A stretch of 64,000 nt of DNA from an uncultured bacterium. Lineage in GTDB: Bacteria > Desulfobacterota_D > UBA1144 > Nemesobacterales > UBA2774. Below, piece by piece: positions 30,876 through 40,464 of this stretch. Position numbers and translations under genes: made by a program. The DNA lies in contig CAVPJU010000006.1 in the NCBI GenBank assembly GCA_963705505.1, forward strand, positions 288,001 to 352,000, in the 5' to 3' direction. The stretch's first letter is position 1, and each line of letters starts with the position of its first letter. The notes under the pieces are model-generated. The model made no database searches. It had not been told where the DNA came from and saw nothing but the letters and a program-made list of their open reading frames with translations.

Positions 30876-32705
30876 TCACTGACTGTACTTCTTCTCCCTC
30901 TTAAGCTCGATCTCCCTTTTCGATGCCGTGAGCTCGAATTTGCGGAGCCTCTGGGTCTGCGGAGTAATTTCGACAAGCTCGTCCTCGGCGATGAACTCTA
31001 TCGCCTGATCGAGTGATAGCGGCCTCGGCGGTCTCAGAACGACTGTGGTCTCCGCAGTCGAGCTCCTCATGTTGGTGAGCTTCTTCTCCTTAGTGATGTT
31101 CACGTTCAGGTCTCCGCTCCTGTTCCTCTCCCCGACGATCATCCCCTCATATACATCGGTGCCGACATCGACAAAAAGCTCTCCCCTGTCGGCCATGGAT
31201 AGGCACGCGTAAGTAGTCACCTTCCCGCCCCTGTCGGAGACGAGCGCGCCCGTAGACCTCTGAGGTATGGGGCCATACCACGGCTCATAACCTTCAAAGA
31301 GGGTATTTATTACGCCCGAGCCCTTTGTGATTATCTGGAACTGGCTTCTGAAACCGATCAGCCCTCTGGATGGGATAAGGAACTCGATATCCACCCTCCC
31401 GTTCCCGTTGTTACGGAGGTTTTCCATGCGCCCCTTTCTCGATGATATGACCTCGGTTACAGCACCCACAAACGCCTCGGGGACGTCGACGAATATACGC
31501 TCGACCGGCTCCGTGACCTTTCCGTTTTCGTTCTTTGTCAAAACCCTGGGCTTTGAGACCATGAATTCATAGCCTTCGCGTCTCATCATTTCTATTAACA
31601 CGACCATCTGAAGCTCGCCGCGGCCGGAAACCTCGAAGGCATCGGCCCTTTCCATCTCCTTGACTTCGATGGCGACGTTCCCGAGCTTCTCCCTCAAGAG
31701 CCTGTCCCGCAAATGGCGGGAGGTGAGGAATTTACCCTCCTTGCCCGCGAAAGGACTGTTGTTAACATAGAAGATCATGGAGATCGTAGGCTCGTCCACT
31801 TTTATACGCTCTAGCGGCACGGGGTTTTCCAGGTTCGATACCGTATCGCCGATCTTCACGTCTTCCTCGCCGGCGATGGACGCTATGTCCCCCGCTTCTA
31901 CCAATGCCACCTGTGTTTTCTGGAGGCCGCTGAACGTATAAAGGACCGAAATCTTGATCGGAGTGTTTGTACCCCCTTCCCCGCACAAGGCGTAGCTTTT
32001 GTTGGATTCGAGCGCGCCGTTCATCAGACGGCCAATGGCTATCCTCCCGACGTAATTATCATAATCGAGGTTCGTAACCAAGAATTGAGTAACACTTCCG
32101 TCCCCAATCTCGGGACCCGGGATTGCGGAAATTATCGTGTCGAATAGCGGTATGAGGTTATTCGAGTCCTCTCCCAGGTCGTACCGGGCGGAGCCGATCT
32201 TGGCGTTCGTATAAATAATCGGGAATTCTATCTGCTCCTCGTTCGCATCGAGCTCGATAAAGAGGTCGTAAACCTCGTTTATCACCTCACCCGGGCGGGC
32301 GTCGCTCCTGTCTATCTTGTTAATTACGAGTATTATGGGGAGTTTTTTCTGGAGCGCCTTTTTTACGACGAAACGGGTCTGCGGCAGCGGCCCTTCGCTC
32401 GCGTCTACCAGAAGGAGGGCGCCGTCCACCATGTTGAGACTCCTCTCCACCTCGCCCCCGAAGTCGGCATGTCCCGGCGTATCCACTATATTTATCTTTA
32501 TACCCTTATAGAAGATCGCGGTGTTCTTTGCCATTATCGTTATGCCGCGCTCCTTTTCGAGGTCCATCGAGTCCATAATTCTCTCCTCGACGACCTGGTT
32601 CTCACGGAATACCCCGCTCTGCTTGAGCATTGCATCGACGAGCGTCGTCTTTCCGTGATCGACGTGCGCTATGATGGCAATGTTCCTTATATTTTCGTTT
32701 CTCAT
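30876..32705 (-). CDS. typA: Translational GTPase TypA/BipA
   Basis: [40 protein letters not shown]. Confidence 0.96.
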   Translation of the reverse strand: MRNENIRNIAIIAHVDHGKTTLVDAMLKQSGVFRENQVVEERIMDSMDLEKERGITIMAKNTAIFYKGIKINIVDTPGHADFGGEVERSLNMVDGALLLVDASEGPLPQTRFVVKKALQKKLPIILVINKIDRSDARPGEVINEVYDLFIELDANEEQIEFPIIYTNAKIGSARYDLGEDSNNLIPLFDTIISAIPGPEIGDGSVTQFLVTNLDYDNYVGRIAIGRLMNGALESNKSYALCGEGGTNTPIKISVLYTFSGLQKTQVALVEAGDIASIAGEEDVKIGDTVSNLENPVPLERIKVDEPTISMIFYVNNSPFAGKEGKFLTSRHLRDRLLREKLGNVAIEVKEMERADAFEVSGRGELQMVVLIEMMRREGYEFMVSKPRVLTKNENGKVTEPVERIFVDVPEAFVGAVTEVISSRKGRMENLRNNGNGRVDIEFLIPSRGLIGFRSQFQIITKGSGVINTLFEGYEPWYGPIPQRSTGALVSDRGGKVTTYACLSMADRGELFVDVGTDVYEGMIVGERNRSGDLNVNITKEKKLTNMRSSTAETTVVLRPPRPLSLDQAIEFIAEDELVEITPQTQRLRKFELTASKREIELKREKKYSQ

Positions 32706-33154
32706 AAATATCTGTTCTCTCTCCCCAATAAATTGACCGCTTAAAGCTGTTAGCCGTTAAATATACACTACCGTGCGGGATATTCAGGAAATTCGGAAAA
32801 TCCGCTTATCCGAAGGGCGGATTTATCGATTCTTATCCGTGGCCGGATTCAAGGGAATTTGGCTGCTATCCCTTTATAACATCTATATATTCATCTATTG
32901 CGTAATGTTCAATATCGCTTTTGATTTCAATAAATACCTCTCAGGAGAATTTGTCCAGTCGTTCGGGTTGGTTACAGACGATAAATATCCTGCTCTAATC
33001 TAATTTACTCTCCGTATAAGTAAATGAGCGGGTTTTTGTCACTGGATTGGCGGGTATTTAGCGTGATGTCTAAAGTTTAGCAATTAATTATGTTATAATG
33101 GGTTCAAAATACTGAACAAATGACATCGAATTACCCGCGAAGCCGATACAATCC

Positions 33155-33772
33155 ATGGACCCCGCCGCACCATCAATAAGTTCGTATGCTGCAAAAGAGC
33201 AGCATGAATTACGGGATTTAATTTCCCGGATTTCTCATGGAAGCGAAGATGCCATGAGAGCATTTTACAAGCAAACTGTAGGCCTGGTGTATGGTATGGC
33301 TTACAGGATAATTTCTAACGCTCACGAAGCCGAAGAGGTGGCGCTCGAGGTTTTTATGCAGGTTTGGAAGAATGCTTCGAATTACAATTCCGAGCTCAGC
33401 GAGCCGCTAACGTGGCTTCTTATGATTACGAAGAGGCGTGCGATAGACAGAAAAAGAAATATTTCAAAAAAATTGATAACCGAAGAAGCATTTGACGAGA
33501 ACCTTGCGATATCCGAGAAGAGCGCGGAAGTTTCATATATCGCCAGGGAAAAAAGAGAAATTGTCCGGAGCGCTCTCGAGCAGCTCACCTCGAAACAGAG
33601 GCGTGTGATCGAGCTGTCTTACTATTACCAGATGAGTCACAGCGAGATAGCAGAGCAGGTAAATATACCCATCGGATCGGTCAAGAGCACGATCAGGGTT
33701 GCACTGGTGAAACTGAGAAATATAATAAAGAAGCTCGACAGGAAAAAAGACCATGGCTCGAAAATACACTAG
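33155..33772 (+). CDS. ECF sigma factor
   Basis: AEEVALEVFMQVWK, RAIDR, SHSEIAE...PIGSVKSTIR. Confidence 0.92.
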   Translation: MDPAAPSISSYAAKEQHELRDLISRISHGSEDAMRAFYKQTVGLVYGMAYRIISNAHEAEEVALEVFMQVWKNASNYNSELSEPLTWLLMITKRRAIDRKRNISKKLITEEAFDENLAISEKSAEVSYIAREKREIVRSALEQLTSKQRRVIELSYYYQMSHSEIAEQVNIPIGSVKSTIRVALVKLRNIIKKLDRKKDHGSKIH

Positions 33773-34337
33773 AGAAGAAATCCGGGATCTCGCTGCATCG
33801 TATGCCCTCGGGAACCTGAGCGACGCAGAAAAAAAAGAATTCGAGGAGCTGCTCCGCCAAAGGGACGGGACAATCGAAAGAGACCTGAAATCATTTGCCG
33901 AAATCGTCGAATACCTGCTCTACCATGCCGAACCGCTGAAAGAGCCGGATGGCCTGGAGAAGCGGTTATTCGCACAAATTAAAAAGGAAGGAAGTAAGAA
34001 GAAAAAAGACGAGGGGTTTCTATACGTACGTAGAAATGAGGGCGAGTGGGTTGAGATTATGAAAGGAGTAAAGGTGAAGAATCTTTACAAGGATCCCGGG
34101 AAGAATTACTCCACCCTCCTTGTAAAAATGGACCCCGGAGCTACTTTCCCGGACCACGTCCATACCGACACCGAAGAGTGTTACATCATCGAGGGCGACC
34201 TGAAAATGGGCGGAGAGGTTTTCGGGAAAGGGGATTATATCAGAGCGGAAGCGCACAGCACTCACGAAAGCATTTCTACCGAGAAGGGCTGCTTTCTCCT
34301 GATATCGGCTTCGGAAGAAAACGAAATGTTGTTATAA
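33753..34337 (+). CDS. Anti-sigma factor with a ChrR-like cupin domain
   Basis: LAASYALGNLS anti-sigma N-terminus; HVHTDTEECYIIEGD...GDYI...H...GC cupin; overlaps the sigma stop. Confidence 0.85.
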   Translation: MARKYTREEIRDLAASYALGNLSDAEKKEFEELLRQRDGTIERDLKSFAEIVEYLLYHAEPLKEPDGLEKRLFAQIKKEGSKKKKDEGFLYVRRNEGEWVEIMKGVKVKNLYKDPGKNYSTLLVKMDPGATFPDHVHTDTEECYIIEGDLKMGGEVFGKGDYIRAEAHSTHESISTEKGCFLLISASEENEMLL

Positions 34338-34459
34338 AAGAATCGATATTTCCACGACCCCGTACCGTATCCCGCCGCTATCCGACTATACTGAAATTGT
34401 TGCGTCCGGCGCGTAATAATATTCTCCATCCGCCTTTTCTCAATCCGGGCTTTTCCTTG

Positions 34460-34485
34460 TGATCCGATCCCGGAGCTCAACCGTA
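34460..34485 (+). promoter_or_regulatory. ECF (RpoE-ChrR type) promoter 1
   Basis: TGATCC-16 nt-CGTA(TAA). Confidence 0.65.
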
Positions 34486-34678
34486 TAACTTATTGGAAAG
34501 TATTCCGGTCCGCGGGTACGGCAGTCGTTAAAAAACCCTTTGATTTTGCCCCGCCGGTATTTCAATCTACTACAAGCGTAATCCGCTTTTTATCAATATA
34601 TTACATATCTATCATATAACATATATCGTCCTGATCCGCGACATGACACATGCATTTTGTAAATTATGTTCCCCGGAG

Positions 34679-34704
34679 AGATCCAAAAAATGATACCCCC
34701 CGTA
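34679..34704 (+). promoter_or_regulatory. ECF (RpoE-ChrR type) promoter 2
   Basis: AGATCC-16 nt-CGTA(TAA), 38 nt upstream of the fasciclin ATG. Confidence 0.65.
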
Positions 34705-34742
34705 TAAATATTCAAATTCAAAAATTTTAAGGAGGTGCTGAA

Positions 34743-35312
34743 ATGCACAAGGTTATAAAAAATTATTTAATACTGCCGGTCGCGGCAGTTATTTTTTCAG
34801 TAGTAGGATTAACCGCGTTTGCCGACACGACAGTAATGGTCGGCGGTGAGGCCATGTATCCTACAAAGGATATAGTAGATAATGCGGTTAACTCCAAGGA
34901 TCATACGACGCTCGTGGCGGCGGTAAAGGCTGCGGGACTCGTAGAGACGCTCAAAGGGCCGGGCCCGTTTACCGTATTCGCTCCGACCAATGACGCGTTC
35001 GAAGACCTTCCCGACGGAACAGTCGAGATGCTGCTCAAGCCGGAGAATAAGGACGCTTTGACAAAAGTGCTCACTTATCATGTCGTTCCGGGCCGTCTCA
35101 CTTTCGATGCGCTTGTTGAACAGATAAACGCGGGCAACGGCAAGGCTCAGCTGAAAACAGTAAGCGGCGGCATGCTGACCGTATGGATGAACGGACCGCA
35201 CAACATCCTTATCAAGGACGAGAAGGGCGACGTAGCAAATATATCGACTTACGATGTAATTCAGTCAAACGGAGTTATCCAGGTTATAGATACTGTTCTT
35301 CTGCCGAATTAA
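34743..35312 (+). CDS. Fasciclin (FAS1) domain secreted protein
   Basis: TLVAAVKAAGLVETL, FTVFAPTNDAF, LTYHVV, NGVIQVIDTVL; AAGGAGGT SD. Confidence 0.95.
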   Translation: MHKVIKNYLILPVAAVIFSVVGLTAFADTTVMVGGEAMYPTKDIVDNAVNSKDHTTLVAAVKAAGLVETLKGPGPFTVFAPTNDAFEDLPDGTVEMLLKPENKDALTKVLTYHVVPGRLTFDALVEQINAGNGKAQLKTVSGGMLTVWMNGPHNILIKDEKGDVANISTYDVIQSNGVIQVIDTVLLPN

Positions 35313-35331
35313 GCTGATTTCAACGACGACA

Positions 35332-35368
35332 AGGGCGCTCTCATAAACAGAGGAGCGCCCTGATTTTA
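35332..35368 (+). terminator. Probable intrinsic terminator after the fasciclin gene
   Basis: AGGGCGCTC...GAGCGCCCT followed by GATTTTT. Confidence 0.6.
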
Positions 35369-35488
35369 TAGAGCCCGCCGAAGCGCTATACCCGACCCTC
35401 CGAAAGATAACTTCGGGACGAAAGTTTTAAGCAAGATACTAACTAAAGTCTAATTGTAAATTCATCGATTTGATTATATTCTAATGGA

Positions 35489-35908
35489 GTGGAAAACGGT
35501 CATTCCAATAACAGGGAAATAAAGTTAGGCCAGCTCACCAAGAGTGCGGAAAGTTCAATCAATGTATTGAGGCGTTCCACAAGAATCCCTTATTATAAGA
35601 AACTTAAATACGGGCTCCTTAACGGAAAAGGCAGGGACGGCGAAGACCTGTTCAGGTTTAACGGATTCACGTTTAATATCTCCGAACACGGAATCGGTAT
35701 GGAAGGCAGCAAAGGGTTCCCCCCCAATTTCAAAATCGAAGCAAGCTTATTCACGGGAGAACAAACGATTAGGTTCGAAGGTACAATCAAATGGCTCTAC
35801 CATTCAAACTCCGAGAAATGGTACATGGGTATTGAGGTTACGAGCCGAATAAATGATATCAGAGAAATTTATTCTATTCTTGCCCAGACGAACGACCTCG
35901 GGCTGTAG
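35489..35908 (+). CDS. PilZ domain protein
   Basis: RRSTR (RxxxR) and NISEHG (D/NxSxxG) c-di-GMP motifs. Confidence 0.8.
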   Translation: MENGHSNNREIKLGQLTKSAESSINVLRRSTRIPYYKKLKYGLLNGKGRDGEDLFRFNGFTFNISEHGIGMEGSKGFPPNFKIEASLFTGEQTIRFEGTIKWLYHSNSEKWYMGIEVTSRINDIREIYSILAQTNDLGL

Positions 35909-35936
35909 TTCCGGATACTAAACTTACGAGCAGGCT

Positions 35937-37652
35937 TTAACCGCCTGACGTTATCCTTTCCTTTATAGCGCTGAATTTGGATTTAAGCTCATTTACCCTT
36001 ATCCTGGAATCCGATAACTTTTGTTTTTCCATCTTATAAAAATTCCTTAAAGGCGCAAGCGAGTCCGTGACCTGAATTTCTATCCCGCTGAAATCCCTCT
36101 CGAGCTGAGAGCTTACGCTCGATATCATCTCTTCAATAAGCGCATCCACCTTCTGGTTGAATTCCCTGATCGCGTCTCTTCTCTTTTTGGGGAGAATCGC
36201 AAAGGCCGTGGCCATCACGGCGATAGTCGCGAGAATGCCCGTAATGTCCACGACGAGCGATGAAAATGCGGAAACCACGGCGGCCCCGATCGCGAGCGAA
36301 CCCACCTGAACACCAAGCACAGAGGCCACAGCGCCCCTTGCCGAATCGACGAGATTCCCGCCGAGAGTCGCAGGGTCTATCGCTTTTCTCTTTGTCTCGA
36401 GCTCGCTCCTTACGGTATCTACGAGCCTTGTCCTGTCGTAAATAAACCCGGTACCGGCACCCGAAGACTCGGGCCTTATCGATTTGTTATAAAATTCGAT
36501 ACTGCTGTCCAAAAGACTCCGCGCAGATTTTTCGGTCCATATGACCATCGCATCGAGGTCCTTTTCAAGCTCGGCCACAGTCTGACGGGAAACCCGGTAC
36601 TCGAACTCTTTTGCAATTTTCTGCTTGCTCATGAGCTTAAGGATGTTGCCGAATCTTATAAGCTCGTCGATGTACTCCATCCCTCTCGTCTTGAATTCGA
36701 GCAGCCTGCTTCTTATCCTCTCCGTAAACTGAGCGGAATTCTCGACTATCTCTTCCTTCATCGATTCCAGTTTCTTCTCGAACTCCCCGAGCCTCTGCAT
36801 ATCTTCGGAAATTTTGTCGATGTGCCCGTCGAGGGATCTATCGGTTTCGGCGCAAAGGCTGATCGCAAATTCCGAAGTTCCCCTTATCTTCATCCTTATA
36901 CGCTCTTCCTCGCTAAGCGTGTTGAAAATATATTCCTCGAGCCTTCCGAAACCGCTCCTCGAATATAACGAGGTATCGGAAGCAGTCCTTCCTTCCCAGG
37001 CGAGTTTCGCGGAGACCGGGATCAGGAGCGGCTTTATCCCGAACGAACGCTCGAGCTCCCCTTCGGTGTGCCGTATCAGAGTCTCAAGCTCTTTATCGTC
37101 ATGAGCGATATCGATCTTGTTTAAAAGGAAAACGATATTTTTTAGCCAGCCCTCTTTTATAAATTTAATAAGCTTCGCTTCGCTCCCCGTTACCGCGCGC
37201 TCGGCGCCGATCGTAAAAAACACAATGTCCGCTTTCGGTATATAATCCTGGGTGAGCCGCTCGTGCTGTTCTATGGTAACGTTCGTGCCGGGAGTGTCCA
37301 CTATATAAAGCCCCCTAAGCCTTTCCTGGGGAACGGAAATTATACGGCATCCCTTCTCAACATTTACCCCGCCGCTCTCACCGTATTTTATTACCGTTAT
37401 CTCGTCCGTCGTAGGCGTGATGCCTTTCGGCAGCGTTTCCTGCCCCAGAAGAGCGTTTATGATGGAGGACTTTCCCGTGCTGAACTCTCCGATAAAGACG
37501 AGCGAGAAGAGATTGTCCATACTCTCCTGAACCGACCTCAACCTGCTTTCGAGCTCAGTGCTCGACAGTTCTTTTATCTCGGCAAGGAGCGACTGCAGGA
37601 GGAGCTTCTCTTCGAGTATGATTTTCGAGTATTTTTCGTCCAGTATCTGCAT
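35937..37652 (-). CDS. Bacterial dynamin-like GTPase (FZL/mitofusin-like)
   Basis: GEFSTGKS, PTT, DTPG, NKID, coiled coils and a C-terminal hydrophobic hairpin. Start is 37652 or 37667. Confidence 0.88.
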   Translation of the reverse strand: MQILDEKYSKIILEEKLLLQSLLAEIKELSSTELESRLRSVQESMDNLFSLVFIGEFSTGKSSIINALLGQETLPKGITPTTDEITVIKYGESGGVNVEKGCRIISVPQERLRGLYIVDTPGTNVTIEQHERLTQDYIPKADIVFFTIGAERAVTGSEAKLIKFIKEGWLKNIVFLLNKIDIAHDDKELETLIRHTEGELERSFGIKPLLIPVSAKLAWEGRTASDTSLYSRSGFGRLEEYIFNTLSEEERIRMKIRGTSEFAISLCAETDRSLDGHIDKISEDMQRLGEFEKKLESMKEEIVENSAQFTERIRSRLLEFKTRGMEYIDELIRFGNILKLMSKQKIAKEFEYRVSRQTVAELEKDLDAMVIWTEKSARSLLDSSIEFYNKSIRPESSGAGTGFIYDRTRLVDTVRSELETKRKAIDPATLGGNLVDSARGAVASVLGVQVGSLAIGAAVVSAFSSLVVDITGILATIAVMATAFAILPKKRRDAIREFNQKVDALIEEMISSVSSQLERDFSGIEIQVTDSLAPLRNFYKMEKQKLSDSRIRVNELKSKFSAIKERITSGG

Positions 37653-37811
37653 ACTTAAGAAGTACATGAATTATAACCAAGAAAGTTGATTATGAGTATT
37701 TTGAGACGCGATATGATACATCCGGCCGCTATTAGACTCGTACAATACGTATAAGCTTGTAACAGGCATTGTGAGCAGTAAACTGACTGATATAGAGCTG
37801 ATTGTGCGATA

Positions 37812-40043
37812 TTGAGGGAAATTGTGGAAACAAAAAGCCTAAGAAATCCGGCGTTGGTTCTTATTACTGGTATGGTATATGTATCGGTAGTATTTTTTAC
37901 ATTGTGTATCGGGGGGAGCTCGGGAGCCGAGCCTCCTGATAATAAAAATATGCCTAAACAGAACAGGCTTAAGAACGAAAAGAGTCCGTACCTGCTCCAG
38001 CACGCAGACAACCCCGTTGACTGGTACCCATGGGGGGAGGAGGCATTCGAAAAGGCCGCCAGGGAGGATAAGCCCATACTCCTTTCGATAGGGTACTCGA
38101 CCTGTCACTGGTGCCACGTAATGGAGCACGAATCGTTCGAGGACCCGGAAGTCGCAAAGCTGATGAACGACACGTTCGTCTCGATTAAAGTAGACCGTGA
38201 AGAAAGGCCCGACATAGACAACATATACATGACGGTGTGTCAGCTGCTCTCGAAAGGGGGATGCGGATGGCCCCTCAATATAATCATGACCCCCGACAAG
38301 AAGCCCTTTTTCGCAGCTACGTATATTCCGAAGGAAACGCGCTTCGGCCGCATAGGCATGGTCGAGCTCGTACCCAGGATTAAAGAGGTATGGGAAAAAC
38401 AGAGGGAAGAAGTCTTGAAATCCGCAGACAGCATCACAGCCGCGATCAAGAAGGCAACCGATGTTTCACATGACATTCAGGGCAGTGACCTGACTCAGTC
38501 CGCTCTGACTGTGGGATTCAATCAGCTCCTCAGCAGGTTCGACGAAACGAACGGAGGCTTCGGGACAGCGCCCAAATTCCCAACTGCCCACAACCTTCTT
38601 TTCCTGCTCAGGTACTGGAAACGAACGGGGGACGGGCAGCCGCTCTTGATGGTGGAAAAAACCCTCGACGGTATGCGGAAGGGCGGCGTGTACGACCATG
38701 TAGGTTTCGGCTTTCACCGTTACTCCACGGACCCCAAATGGTTTCTCCCTCACTTCGAAAAAATGCTCTACGACCAGGCGATGCTGGCTCTGGTTTTTAC
38801 GGAGACTTATCAGGCCACCGGAAAAAAAGAATATGAAGATACGGCGCGTCAAATCTTTACGTATGTAACCAGGGATATGACAGCCCCGGAAGGGGGATTT
38901 TATTCCGCTGAAGACGCCGACAGCGAAGGGGTTGAGGGTAAGTTCTACGTGTGGACTGAGGAAGAGATAAAGCGGGTACTGGGAAAGGACGAAGCGGAGC
39001 TGATAATCACAACGTACAATGTCGATAAATCCGGGAACTTCAGCGAAGAAGCCTCGGGAGAGAAATCGGGCTCCAACATCCTCTATCTAAGGAAACCGCT
39101 TGCGGAACTCGCTCCTTCTTTCGGAATGAGCGCTTCAGAATTCGAGAGCAGAATAGACAACGCAAGGAAAAAACTTTTCGCAGTCAGGGAAAAAAGGGTT
39201 CATCCTCATAAGGACGACAAGATACTGACGGACTGGAACGGGCTGATGATAGCGGCGCTTTCAAAGGGCGCGAGCGTCTTCAATGAACCCCTCTATGCGG
39301 AGGCGGCGCGACATGCCGCGGACTTCATCCTCGATAAAATGATAGACGGCGAGGGACGCCTCCTCCACCGTTTTAGAGACGGCGAAGCCGGGATCAGAGG
39401 AAGCATCGACGACTATTCCTTCTTTATCTGGGGCCTTCTCGAGCTCTACGAGTGCACGTTCGATGTAAAATATTTGAAAACGGCCCTCGATCTTCAAAGC
39501 GAAATGACAGAACTGTTCTGGGACGATAAAAACGGCGGATTCTATTTTACATCGAATGACGCCGAAGAACTCTTAGTGCGTCATAAAGAGATCTACGACG
39601 GCGCAATTCCGTCCGGCAACTCAGTAGCTATGCTGAACCTTCTCAGATTAGGAAGGATAACGGGAAACCCCTCGTATGAGGATATGGCGGCAAAGCTCGC
39701 GAGAGCGTTTTCGCAAACAGTGGAGCAGGCTCCGATGGCTTATACACAGCTCCTCTCGAGTCTCGATTTCGCAATAGGTCCGTCTTATGAAGTCGTCGTA
39801 GTCGGAGATCCCGCCTCAAAGGGCACAAAAGAAATGCTGACCGCGCTCAGAAAACAATACACTCCTAACAAAGTATTATTATTCAAATCAATCGATGATA
39901 AGTCCGATATCGCTACTATCGCGGAATTCACAAAAGGGCAATCGTCGATCGGAGGAAAGGCGACTGCTTACGTTTGTCTTAATCATATATGCAAACTTCC
40001 CACTACTGACTTAAACAAAACGCTTGAGCTCCTCACTCAATGA
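37812..40043 (+). CDS. YyaL/SPATA20-like thioredoxin-domain protein
   Basis: [43 protein letters not shown]. Start uncertain (37812, 37872 or 37950). Confidence 0.92.
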   Translation: MREIVETKSLRNPALVLITGMVYVSVVFFTLCIGGSSGAEPPDNKNMPKQNRLKNEKSPYLLQHADNPVDWYPWGEEAFEKAAREDKPILLSIGYSTCHWCHVMEHESFEDPEVAKLMNDTFVSIKVDREERPDIDNIYMTVCQLLSKGGCGWPLNIIMTPDKKPFFAATYIPKETRFGRIGMVELVPRIKEVWEKQREEVLKSADSITAAIKKATDVSHDIQGSDLTQSALTVGFNQLLSRFDETNGGFGTAPKFPTAHNLLFLLRYWKRTGDGQPLLMVEKTLDGMRKGGVYDHVGFGFHRYSTDPKWFLPHFEKMLYDQAMLALVFTETYQATGKKEYEDTARQIFTYVTRDMTAPEGGFYSAEDADSEGVEGKFYVWTEEEIKRVLGKDEAELIITTYNVDKSGNFSEEASGEKSGSNILYLRKPLAELAPSFGMSASEFESRIDNARKKLFAVREKRVHPHKDDKILTDWNGLMIAALSKGASVFNEPLYAEAARHAADFILDKMIDGEGRLLHRFRDGEAGIRGSIDDYSFFIWGLLELYECTFDVKYLKTALDLQSEMTELFWDDKNGGFYFTSNDAEELLVRHKEIYDGAIPSGNSVAMLNLLRLGRITGNPSYEDMAAKLARAFSQTVEQAPMAYTQLLSSLDFAIGPSYEVVVVGDPASKGTKEMLTALRKQYTPNKVLLFKSIDDKSDIATIAEFTKGQSSIGGKATAYVCLNHICKLPTTDLNKTLELLTQ

Positions 40044-40287
40044 GTGTCCCAAACGTATCATATGAAATATTTCGCTGACGGTACTGTTATTGATTTTTCT
40101 ATTTTCCGGGTGTAAAAATTATTTCGAATAACAGATGTTGCTTTTCAATTAGTCTGTCTTATAATTTTTATTTTTCTGCTGATTGCGCTCATAGCAGATT
40201 GTAATAAAATTTTTATTTCAAGCTTGAAGCATCGAAAAAAGTCTGTGTTATAGTATTAATTAAGTTCATGTTGGGGAGGTGAGAGCA

Positions 40288-40464
40288 ATGGAGGAAAAGA
40301 GAATGGGCAAAAGAGGTAAGAGAAAAATAAAAGACCTCGTCGATATGCTCGAAGACCCGGAAAATTCCGGATACATAGGCGGAGACTACGAGGACATGAT
40401 GGAGCTCCTCGAACAGGAGCTGGCCGAATCGGAAGAAGACGAAGATCAGGAAGAAAAGGAATGA
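40288..40464 (+). CDS. Small acidic hypothetical protein
   Basis: GGAGGT SD before ATG 40288, TG-n-TATAGT upstream; basic N-terminus and very acidic C-terminus. Confidence 0.6.
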   Translation: MEEKRMGKRGKRKIKDLVDMLEDPENSGYIGGDYEDMMELLEQELAESEEDEDQEEKE

